DNA of 64,000 nucleotides from Balanoglossus misakiensis (Eukaryota > Animalia > Hemichordata): contig CM082580.2 of the NCBI GenBank assembly GCA_040954595.2, positions 11,422,909 through 11,486,908 on the forward strand, read 5' to 3'. Position 1 is the first letter of the stretch. The number at the start of each line of letters is the position of its first letter. The notes under the pieces were generated by a model, which was not told where the DNA came from, made no database searches, and saw nothing but the letters and a program-made list of their open reading frames with translations. A program made the translations under genes and the position numbers. Below are positions 40,657 through 52,026 of this stretch, piece by piece.

Positions 40657-42593
40657 GAGCTCTTGTAGAGTTGAGTTTCCCAAGATTTCTGCAGCGCAGT
40701 TTACAAAGTGATTCAGACATTACGGCGTTTGTCACCAACCGGTCACCTACTACTTCGACGAAAGGGATAAACTTTGAATGCGAAGGTAGGAAGAATCACG
40801 CTCGCGTTAAACAGGCCATGATACTTCATGGAGAGCGTGATGCCGTCTCAGTGTCTTAGACATAGGCCTAAGCAGTGAACCATACACATTGAAGGTATGC
40901 GCCTATCTTAGTCATGACCTTATTTTATCGATTTTACTGCAGAGAAATTTCTACAAACAGGGTAGACGTGTACTGTAAACGTGTTAGAGGACCTACGTCC
41001 AATCTCGGAAAATAGCTTGAAGAGTACTAGCTTGAAGAGTACTATGTCGGTGGCAAATTTAGCGTTCTAAAGATTTTGCAAGGAATCTTAAGCGTAGCGT
41101 GACATATGAGCTTGCCACGTCGTTTTGTTTATCGCTCCATTTTCTTCGATTGCCGTTTTGAAGTCGGTTTGTCTTAAAAGCAATTCCATCTAAGCCGCAG
41201 TTTATCAAACCGGGGAAAATTTGTCATATTTTACACTCCAATGTGTCTAGAGACTATCGACACACAGTATCTTAATTAATTTGTGTGGTTGCAATATGAC
41301 AGTGTATAAACCCATGGAAAAGTAAACTTTGATCAATTGATGTCTTTTATTATTGGATAGGATGTCAGACTCACGTCATGTATCTTCCATTGTGGAATAT
41401 ATCATGTGAGATTGCGCAGCTGCTGTTCAAAAAAATGTAAAATGCCGCATATAAATAGCAAGATCAGGTTTATGGTGGAATTGAGTCAATGTGTCCATTT
41501 CTGCCATTTATCTCTTTTCTGTTTTCTGGTAGCGGTTTTCATCTGGAGTTATTGGAGGAGACATTAACATACATATTACACAGCTATGATGCCGGCGCCC
41601 GTTGCTTGCTGTTGTAATAACGGATTTAAAATTACAAATGCAATAGAAAGTCACGAAGTATTGTTTTGCCGAAAAGACGTATGTTTATAAGCTTTGATCG
41701 ATGTTGATACAGTTATTTGGAGCGGAAGAAATTAAACGCAATAACCCTTCCCCCTGTTTGCACTTTCAATTGTAAAGACGTGTGAGCCAGGTAATAATCT
41801 TTCAGCTAATATCTTCTCTGGATTTCAAATTTAGATTTAATCATCAGCCATATAATACAGCGAATGCTTTTTCAAGGATGTACGTGTGTACACGCGATAT
41901 CATGGTCAGCAGGATTTAACATTTAATGATTGTATATTGCCCAAAAATTCTGCGAACAGCCGCCTAATCATGTCTGAAAAATATAGTTATCATAGTGAAA
42001 TTATAATGTCATTATGACAATTACCGTGCAGCATTAATGGTTTCGAATTTGAACCTCCCTGAGTTCAAATTACGGTAATAGACCCATCACAATAATTCAT
42101 ACTAACGCCTCGGCAAAGCATTTACGAAAAACACAAGGACGGTCAACTATTCAAGCCGTGTCGTTAATTGGCAATTTACACGACAACCAAGGGATTGTTC
42201 GTACTGACATTTTCCAACCTTAAAATCAATCTAATACATTTTCCCACAGGAAATATTTTCCATACATTTAGAATCTAGACTCGAAAATCGTACACATGCA
42301 TTTGCTGAACGTTCTGTATTTATATGAGCGGTGGCTCTTTACTTCGATAAACGCTTACAGTGCTTAATGTTCGATTTATTTTGACAGAACGACAGCGTGG
42401 ACTCTGCAATTTCAACGGAGATGGTCGTCGTGATTAGAATTTGAGAACGGTGTGTGCACACGGATTGTAAATAAATGCATCATTTGGATTGGTGCGGTTG
42501 GCTAGATCGATTAGACTGTTTACTCTCGCTGTACGTTGACACTTGTACTTTCCAAGCACTCGGCGGACTGTCATCCCTCCTAATTCGGTCGCC

Positions 42594-43730
42594 ATGGAAA
42601 CACTGACCGATACTCCGCGGGCTTGGGGCACATGGGGGGACAAGGAAGCCGAAAACGACGAATACTCCGTCGTTTATATCTCAGTCGTGTCAGTTCTCTT
42701 GAGCCTTATCATTTTTTCCACCGTAGCCGGTAATCTACTGACCATGATCACCATATTTGCGAGCAAGGATCTCCGGACGAACGTCAGTTACTGGTTACTG
42801 CTGTCGCTGGCTTTCTCCGACCTTCTCGTCTCCATCCTCGTCATGCCGCTGAGTTTGAAGAAGCAGCTGCAGAAGAAATGGGACTCCAGTCCGGTGCTCT
42901 GCGACATATGGATCACGCTAGACGTCACCTGCTGTACGGCATCCATCGTCAACGTCGCCGCCATTGCTGTCGACCGATACTGCTCCATAACGCAGAAGAC
43001 CTCGTACGTGGACAACAGGCGGCGCGCAAACGTCGCCATGGTGATCGTCATCTGGGTGCTCTCTTTCCTCGTTTCGCTGCCTCCGCTGTTCGGCTGGAGG
43101 AGAGACGAGGACCACGGCGAACCGGGCGAATGTCACATCAGTCAAGATTTGATGTACACCATCTTCTCGACGATCGGCGCCTTTTACCTGCCCCTGTTCG
43201 TCATGCTGGCTTGCTACTGCAAAATTTACAAAGCGGCGGCGCGGGTGACGTTCCGCCGAAGACCCACCCGGGTGGAACCGTACGTGCCTCGCGGAAATAG
43301 CAGAAACGGTGGGAATGTTAACCAGGGCGGGGGTATACATAACACGCCCGCTGTTCGGGGACTCGAGCTAGACGCAATCGCGCTTTACAACCCCAAGGTA
43401 TTCGCCGCCGACGTCAAACCAGCAGAATGTGCGCGTACCGGCGGCGGCGGACCGAACCAGTCCGTGGAGAAGCGGACCGTCGTCACCCTGGGCGTGCTCA
43501 TCGGGGTTTTCATCGTCTGTTGGCTTCCGTTCTTTCTGCTGGCCACGATTCTGCCTTTCTGTCGGCAGTGTTCAGAGAAGCTTCCCGCCGACCTGGGCAG
43601 CTTTGTACTGTGGTTAGGGTACTGCAACTCGCTGTTTAATCCACTGATTTACACGTTCTGTCACAAGGATTACCGGCTGGCCTTCAAGAAACTCTTTTGT
43701 AATGTAGCATCAGTTTCCACAGTTCCATAA
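42594..43730 (+). CDS. Second class A aminergic GPCR, divergent 5-HT1-like receptor, intronless CDS, ~378 aa
   Basis: The first ATG (gccATGg) is at 42594 within ORF 42543-43730. Motifs: GN, SLAFSD, TLDVTCCTASIVNV, DRY, SLPPLFGW, CHISQD-YTIFSTIGAFYLP, CWLPFF, WLGYCNSLFNPLIY. Confidence 0.92.
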   Translation: METLTDTPRAWGTWGDKEAENDEYSVVYISVVSVLLSLIIFSTVAGNLLTMITIFASKDLRTNVSYWLLLSLAFSDLLVSILVMPLSLKKQLQKKWDSSPVLCDIWITLDVTCCTASIVNVAAIAVDRYCSITQKTSYVDNRRRANVAMVIVIWVLSFLVSLPPLFGWRRDEDHGEPGECHISQDLMYTIFSTIGAFYLPLFVMLACYCKIYKAAARVTFRRRPTRVEPYVPRGNSRNGGNVNQGGGIHNTPAVRGLELDAIALYNPKVFAADVKPAECARTGGGGPNQSVEKRTVVTLGVLIGVFIVCWLPFFLLATILPFCRQCSEKLPADLGSFVLWLGYCNSLFNPLIYTFCHKDYRLAFKKLFCNVASVSTVP

Positions 43731-44983
43731 ACAAGCCATTAGGTTCAATACTTGTTTAATAAAAGAACATTGCCAGGAAGTTCGGGTCAAATTTGCATCT
43801 CACGGTAAAAGTACGTGCCTTGTGGCGTAATTAGTGACTACATATAGACCGATGCATGAAAACAACATGGCCTCAGAAATTGATTGAGAACATTGGCCGC
43901 AAAGTACGCTGACTTGATCAGCCAGGCACAGTAAAGCCTTGAATTTCAAAGACACTGAAGACTGCAGCTAAAATAAAATCTGAAACGATGTCCCGTCAGA
44001 GATGGACATGGGGAGACACAGGGGAGGGGGCAGAAGGAATAGATGGGAGGGAGGAGAGAAGTGTTTTATCATGGTTCTGTACAGGGAGGAGTCTGAGAAC
44101 ATTTTCAGAGCAACTGCTTATATTTATTTTTCAACTGTATTGAATGGTAAAAATGATTATGTTCATATAAGATTCCACACATTTATTCATGGCGTAGCAG
44201 AATACGGTGTATGTTCATGTCTTCAAGTTACGTCACACATTTTGTATTTATAGTGATGTATTTTTGTAGTAGTTGAAGCAATAAAGTGTTTTTGAACAAA
44301 ATTACAAGTAATTGATTGGAAGCCATAAACTTCAGAAAATGAAAATTTCTGTTGGCCGTTGGGTGATAAGCAAGTGACATTAGATTTTCAATCCTAACAT
44401 CAAAACAACAAATCTGGGAATAGGCCCTAAGCAAAAGCGATCAGCACAGAGCACTGAGGGTCTCGCGAGATTTCAACATCCATGGTCCTCTAAAAGCAAT
44501 GCTTGTTTATCTTTTATCATCATCCCATGGCATTTCAAGTTGAATTTTCAGACATTATTTTTTTTATCATCAAATCGATGTGATCTCAGTTTTGCAATGC
44601 GTGTAAGGTATATTCGTCGGTCTCAGCGATGACGTAGAATGTCATGGAACGAGACTTCAATGGCGGCGCATTGTTCGTTTGTTCGAGGGAAGCCCGCATT
44701 CTTCTTTGCTTGAGTTACGCTTTACGCATCGAATTTTCTGCTGTCGACACGAAGAAATACAACTCAAGAATTTGCATAGAAATTGGAAACTTGGAAGTTA
44801 TCGAAAACACGGGGTATGTCAGGAGAAATTTCAGGGTGGAACTGTATATTTTGTCGAGTTCTCAAGTCAAGACGTTTGCGAAAAAAGTTTTCTGCTGTTT
44901 GATTACATAATAATCAATCTGACCCATTTTTGTTTCTTGTTTGTGATTTCATTTGTTAGCGACAAAAGCCAAAGCGGATAACC

Positions 44984-46631
44984 ATGTCCATGAATTCTTT
45001 TCTGCGTATGCTTAGTCTGAAGTTTATTAAGACCCATATTGAGGTAAGCCAGACGGCAAAAAAGTCGTCAAATAAAGCACCGGGGGAGGGAGGGGGGAGG
45101 GGGGTCACCGTGTGTAGCCTATAGTTTCTAATAACCCCCCTCTTGCCGCCCGAGTACTTCTAGTACTACAGCATTTGGCAGTGCATTATCGCGTTCAAAA
45201 TGTTCATAAATTTATACCTCTGCGCGTCATCAAATGCTTGACATGTTTTGATTCACACAAGGACTTTTTAGACAGGGACACTTCAGGGTCATTCAGTTGA
45301 TATCTGGTTGATTTTACTTGTATGGCTTTCGTAGATCACGCGATTGTAATAGTAATAAACAGAACTTAATCATCAGGTTAGCGGGCTTCATCGCGGGGGC
45401 GATTGGGATAATTACATTTATTCCATATTTGATAAACACTTGCGCTCAAAAACATCCGCCGATTCACGAAATTTGGGCAATTATTTGACATACGAAAGAC
45501 TTTATTTTACAAGGATCACGCTCTTCCTTCTTTTATATACCGATTTGATTTTGTCTTTCAGTTGATTCCTGTCGCCGTTCTTACCGGCGGTACAGCGTGC
45601 ATGTCGGCAAGTTATGTCCTGTACATGGCTACCACCAAATCTGATGTTGCGTGAGTGTCCCTTACTCGTTTTTTTGTTCCCTTGTCTGTCAGTTCATCGA
45701 AGATGTGCGCAAAAAGTCAACAGATGTAAATTTATTTGTCGTCAATGGTTGCAAGAGTCACTCACTTCTCTCTTATTTCCATTCTCTCGTAATAGATGGA
45801 TGAAGAGATTTTCCGCTCCTTGGGATAATGTCGACCCAACACGACGTCAAAAGGTACTAGTCAGTTGCTTGACGTGGCTTGACGCCACCTTATGGAGAGA
45901 GGGGGAGGGTGAGAGAGAGAGAGATCACCGTCGAATTCACACGAAATCTCGTTCGTTCTCGTCTCAATTCTAAGAGCGCCCACAGCGGTCAATTTATCAG
46001 CACATCTCACGTTCGGTGATTATTATGCCGAAGACTTCGAACAGGGGTTCGAACACCTTTCTGAAACTCAAGATATATTCAATACCATGACATCCGTGAT
46101 GTTTTATTGGGCGACTTTTTCAATAGAATTCAACTGGTATAAGTTGCGTGAATGAAAAGGATATTTTGGCCTCTATGACCAGTGATCCACACAATGGTTC
46201 AATTTGACTTTTTGATATCTTACAGAAGTATAAATACTACCCCATTGCACCCCGATAAAGGTCCTGTTTTGATTCGGTGAGCATTTACATATACATTTAC
46301 ATACATCTGTTGTCCCCTCTCACCATGTGACTGTCTTAGCTTCGTCTCGCTCTTTGGCCAGATAAAGGTGTTCTACCGCGTCTCTGTCTCTGTCTCTCTC
46401 CATAACTTTCTTTCTTTCTTTCTTTCTTTGCGTGTACTTCATTCATGCATGCGTTTAAACTATTTGCATTTCTACATTATTGTTTTTTTTTTCTCCAAAC
46501 GACCGCTGGTTGTTCATTCATTCCATTTTCTGATTTTTTCCCAGTTAATAACAGTGACTCAAAAATATGAACCTGATATGGAGATCGTGAAACTTCGCAA
46601 GGAGATCAGCTCGGTGTACGCACCCAAATGA
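44984..46631 (+). CDS. C15orf48: NMES1/C15orf48 (COXFA4L3/MOCCI)-like NDUFA4-family mitochondrial complex IV-associated protein; 4 coding exons, ~97 aa
   Basis: Exons 44984-45043, 45562-45650, 45796-45853, 46545-46631 (GT-AG, phases 0/2/0) give MSMNSFLRMLSLKFIKTHIELIPVAVLTGGTACMSASYVLYMATTKSDVAWMKRFSAPWDNVDPTRRQKLITVTQKYEPDMEIVKLRKEISSVYAPK. This matches the ELIP..., KxDV, PW..VDPT..QKLIT pattern of NMES1. AATAAA at 46687; probable 5'-UTR exon ending 44813. Confidence 0.88.
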
Positions 46632-48670
46632 GACTAATTTCATCTTATCATTAACCCCATATTCCGTGATAAGCTTGCGGCTATGCAATAAATAACATCC
46701 ACAGGGGTCGTGCTATATCCATTGTGAATTCTGTCTTTTTTTTGTTCGAAGTGGATGTTGAACTACAGCACTGGTTTCTAGAGTTTCCTATAGGGAATAG
46801 GGTCATCTGTGGTGAGACAAGAGGATGCTCATGTGATGAGTTGATGTGTAACTACGGTCGGCATGACAGTAGTTAAACGGGTGCAGGGACCACCTGTCAC
46901 GACAAGACACGTGATGACAATCTATTGCAAATCATTGACCAGAATGTATTCAGGTTTTGAACTCTCGCAAACAGAAGCAACCAATACGGGTGAAAAGAGA
47001 ATAAAACGGTGACTTTACAATTTAACCCAGACTGATCGACTAAAACTATTAATTAATATATGTTTTTTGCGATGTCACGCGCGGCGGTAGCTGACCTTCA
47101 ACCAGATTTCGCTCTATGATGACATAAGACAAAAAAAACTGTATCTTGACACACCATATTTGGGGACGTCGGTGACTTGCCTTTGCCCGTGGATCTTGTC
47201 AAGCGCGCCGGTCGAACCTAACCTTGACCGTGGGCGAGTTTGTTGACTAGAGCGAAACTTCGGAACACAGTGTCTGCATTCAAGTACTCCTCTGTTAATC
47301 CGACGACAAGCAACCATGTTCAGGAGGGTATGTCTTTTTTTTTTGCATTTCAGTTTTTTTCTATTCTCGTCATTAAATAAGGACCGCGCCATTTTTGTTT
47401 GATTTCCGCGGTTCTTAGACCTGACAGATGGAGGATGTCTTTTGGAATATTGTTTTAGATTCAACAGTTGTGTTCACAGTTACGAATAATTCTGATTTGG
47501 GTTATTAGTAATTTATCTGCATATTATTGTGGTACTTCACACCTTTGGACGAATTTCTGTTCGTTACAAACAGATACTGTCAGTTAATTTGCATCCGCAC
47601 ACCATCTCTCTCTCTTCCCCCCCCCCCTCTCTCTCTCTCTCTTTCTCTCTCTCTATCTTCCCATATCTGTCCCTAACAAGTAATAATATAATACTTTGTA
47701 TAGAATTTTTATTATTTTGTTAGAAATCTTGCATTTTTAATAAGCCTTACTTTGCACACTACGCCATTCAGCGATATAGTTTGTGTGGCCATTATACATG
47801 ATCGAACGTTATCGTGGACTAGTTATTTTTGGTGTGTCTGATTTGATAACGGAAAAGCAATGATAGAGGCGACGGTACCACCTTGAGATAGCAGTCACGC
47901 GTGCAAAGTACACCCTCGGCCCTCTACTGTTCAAATGGCGATTTACATATTCAATGAAATACATCATAATCTCATATATGTATTATTATTATCCGTACTC
48001 ATTAACCATAAATAACATATTATAAACGCTTTAAATATTGACCGCGCAAGCAGTTGAGATTAAAAAAATCCATGTTTGCGAGAAGGATGTCAAAGTTTAA
48101 CATGTGAACTAGACACGTCACCATGTCAACAAAGAGAGTCCTGTGAACATTTGCTTAATTGTGAGACACGGCTTGTAGTGGATATTAAAATGCCTGATAC
48201 ACAGACACAGATACATATATATATGGGAGACGTCATCATCTGGTTTCTATGTTTAATCTTTATAGATCATTAGCTAGGTCAAATGCTAAGTCTCCCCCCC
48301 CCCCCCCCCCCCCAAAAAAAAGCATGTAGGATCATCGGTCAGGCGCTGTGCCGGACATCGGCACCTGTTAATATTTTCTTTTTTTTTAAATCGTCAGGTG
48401 ATGAATTCAAAGCTTGAAAGAAACTCAGTGATTGTTGATGTCTTTGTCCGATATCCAATATGTTCATTACATGTACTTGTTTTGTTTTGCTTGTCATTTC
48501 CCACAATGATCATCGCTGAATTCAAGAATTTTTGTCATTTCACCATAAAACTATACTGGAGTCCAGACACTGTCAGAGTGTGTTTTACATGGACACGGTC
48601 TGGATTCCATTCTACCACTAAACATGCTAACGGTGGCACGTATTACATGTACATGTAATAGGGTCCCCCA

Positions 48671-51039
48671 ATGAGACGCATGATGCGTCCACGGCCGGTG
48701 ATGACCGGCCTGGTGGTGGGAGCGACGGCCGGCGCAGTTTCCCGCAGGACCGGTGGGAAGTCCAGCAGTAGCAGCAGCAGTGGGCAGACCACGGAGGTCC
48801 ACCACTACCACTCCAACCCCCCGCCGCCACAGGGCCAGCCCGCCGGGGCCCAGCCGTACTACTACTACGAACACCCGCCGCAGAATCCCCCGCAACAGCC
48901 GTACTACCAATACCCACCACCGCCACAGGGGCAACCGCAGCCAATGACGCCAGAACAACACCAACAATATCAACTACAACAGCAGCAATTTTACCAACAA
49001 CAACAACAGCAGCAGCAAAAACAACAACCTCCACCGCAAGCAACGGCCACGGTCGTCACTGTAAACGTACAAGTAAGTAAAACATAATCAATGGTAAAGA
49101 AAGTTGCTGAGAAAGTACACTTTTTGTATTGAGAGATTTTTTAGTCGTGGGCACATCTGGATATCATTTCAGTGTGGGGAAACCGGGAAAATGAACTACT
49201 TCGCATTATTACATGTACATGCTTTTTTATTTTTTATTTACAAATTATTTCCCTTTTTATAGAAAGACCAACCAGAAAAGACGTCCGTAAGTTCAGCAAG
49301 TACAGCCGCTACAGGTAGGCACGCGCTTACACTATGTACAGTAAAAATGCTAGCATACCAAATAGGCATATATACGCATATGGCCTCGTTTTAGTTTACA
49401 GCGCGTTGACCCCAACGCATACCCGTCATCGTGAAAGGCGTTTTCACATTCAGTAGATACTATTGAGTTCTGCATTGTCCGCACTCAAGATCTTACGATC
49501 GAGAGGGAGGACATTATACAATATTCTTCTCCAAATCCCTCGCATGTGACGACGCCGTGCTCATCGTCATTGTATGCGGCGATGTCGTAAAAGACGTTCT
49601 TAGATCTAGGTAAGGTTCAATACGATGTCGCTTCCCATTATCCATGCTGAAACGCGCAACACACTATTGAATCATGAACCATGTCGTTTGTCCCGGCCTG
49701 GCGTTGCAGCCTTGAAATGTGTAGGCAATGTATGCATGATGTGGATTTCGCATGATGGAATTAACATGGCCGAGTTTTTAAATCGTGAGAATTCCTAATA
49801 TCTGGGGCATAATCATTGGGGCATATGATAATAGACTGCTGCAAATGTTAGCCTGAACAGACGAGCTTATACAAAAGGGAAAGTAAGGACCTCTATTTGG
49901 GTCTTACATCATTACATGCATTCAGTATTTACTAGTACATGTGGCTGAGAGTACGTTAAAGTTATCAGCGCGCACATGCTATGACCATAACGCGCGCGCG
50001 TTCACGGTTGTAAGCGTTGTCTGGGGGCCCGACATTTGGGCCTCTCACTCACGGGATAAAATCGCATACACAGGGGCCGCGTGATTGGACATGGCTGTTC
50101 AGTGCTGCCCTCACCGACGTCATGATGTTAGTCTTTCGATTGAAAATGAATAAAAAACACGATTCTGAGAGTTCATTTCGTGTATATATATAGCTTTTCT
50201 GAAATGTTGAGAATTATACTTAATGTTTTTATTTATTTGTTTCAGGAGAGTCCAAACCAAGTATGGCCGAACCGGGCGTCGAATATATCACTGATATACG
50301 TAAGTACAGGATGCAGATCATGTTGATGATGATGATATGATATTAAACCTAAAGTGTTTTCTCCAGACAAACTCATTGCGACGGTCTCTTTAAATATCAA
50401 GATTTTATGACTTGTAGGTATGGCCGAGTCAAAAGACTTTTCCGAGCTCATCCTTGAAGTCAAGTGTCCTGGAGTGACCAAGTTCAAGGGAATCAAGAAA
50501 CAGGTCAAGGTCAAGGCGTATTTTGGTGACAAGTAAGTCGTTGTCACAAGTTTTGTCAGTAGCAATATCGAATTCATGAGTTCAGTCTATGGTTCAAGCC
50601 ACATAGAGAGAACAACCTTTACATCTTAGCATTCATGTAACTTTCTATTATTGAGCTTCTAAAATTTCTCCTGTCTTTTATGACTTTGCTGGGCCATGTT
50701 TGTTTTCATGACGAGACCTTTTTTGGTGTTATTTCTCGATGCAGGTCTTTCGACGTCAAAATAGAATACAAATCTAAAACGTATGGACTGGAATTGAACG
50801 GGAAGCAGCTGTATAAACCTATTGTGAGCAAAAAATGTGAATACAAGGTGAGACTTATCTTGATACTATTTCTGTTGACAATAAACCTGGTTGTTACACG
50901 TACTTTTCTGACAACATTTTCCCCGTATTTACAGATTGAAACAGACCAAGTGAAAATAACTCTACGTAAGGTAAAAGCTGAGACGTGGCGATCCGACGGC
51001 GGCAGGGGCGCCCTCAAACTACTTGCCTCAGACGCTTAA
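48671..51039 (+). CDS. Uncharacterised protein: Q/P/Y-rich low-complexity N-terminus plus C-terminal CS (p23/SGT1/CacyBP-like) domain; 6 coding exons, ~276 aa
   Basis: Exons 48671-49072, 49263-49314, 50246-50299, 50418-50532, 50745-50847, 50935-51039 (GT-AG, phases 0/1/1/2/0, 831 nt). The C-terminal FGDKSFDVKIEYKSKTYGLELNGKQLYKPIVSKKCEYKIETDQVKITLRKVKAETW fits the CS beta-sandwich pattern. AATAAA at 51141. Confidence 0.82.
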
Positions 51040-51833
51040 TTCGCTCGTTTTCACTACTCCACTGACCCCCTAACGTGCTTGTATTGTGAAAAGTGACAAC
51101 TCTCTCTTGATCGGGACCTCCATGGAGTGGATAGACATTGAATAAACACCAGCATCGGACACAGAGAAAATTCCGCCCTGAGGATGTGTATTTATCGCCA
51201 CATTATGATGTGTGTTTAAATGTATGGATGTTATCAACGGTTAAACTTATTTTATACAGACACTCTTAATCAATGTTGTTCACTGTGAAATTAGACAGCC
51301 ACCACGCGGCAAGAAAAGTGGACGAACCAAGCAACTGTCGGATTTTATCATTCATGCATTGTTGGGTTAATAATAAATCAGAGTAACCTTTCAAAGTAGA
51401 ATACATGTAGACCCCCTTTTAAAATCGACTTGAAAATTAGACGCTTCGCAATTGATCTTTGATTGGGCGTGTAAATCAAATTAACTTATAGGTACCCCCC
51501 CCCCCCAATAAAATAGATTTTTCATCGTATTCTTCCAATGCTTGTCCACGCACAAATCTGTTAGTTGTGGCAGTAGCCAGTAGTTAGAGTTCGCCACTGT
51601 TTGATTTTATGTAATATCTTACTCTTCCTTAGATTCTTTAATTCCAAATAAAATATCAGTTGTGTCATAAAATCTTCCGGGTGTCGCAAATTTGCATCAA
51701 ATCCAAATACTTTCAGGTTTGAAGGTTTCTTCATTCGCTGCCACTGGCAACAATCGCGAATACACTTGCACAAAGCACGCAAGCGCACAAAGACGTCATT
51801 TGAATTGCGCCCTCTGTCGACTTACATGGGAAA

Positions 51834-52026
51834 TTAAAGGTATACGGTCGCCTATGGAAAATTATCGATAGTTACCATGGCAAATAGAGATCTAGCCAAT
51901 CAAAGATTTTCAGTGGGTGGCACACGCGAAAAAAAGAGCGCCGCCATATGTTATTTGGAACGCACACATACGCCATTTCAGCCATATATGGGCGTATGTA
52001 AATTGGAGGTGACTGTATACCTTTAA
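51834..52026. mobile_element. MITE / non-autonomous DNA transposon with TTAA flanks (Kolobok-like termini)
   Basis: Left end TTAA-AGGTATACGGTCGCCT; right end AGGTGACTGTATACCT-TTAA (reverse complement TTAA-AGGTATACAGTCACCT). The 16-bp TIRs have 2 mismatches; no ORF inside. Confidence 0.82.

Noticed and set aside
46632-46900. miR-147-like hairpin downstream of the NMES1-like gene
   Set aside because: No matching mature sequence or clear hairpin seen.
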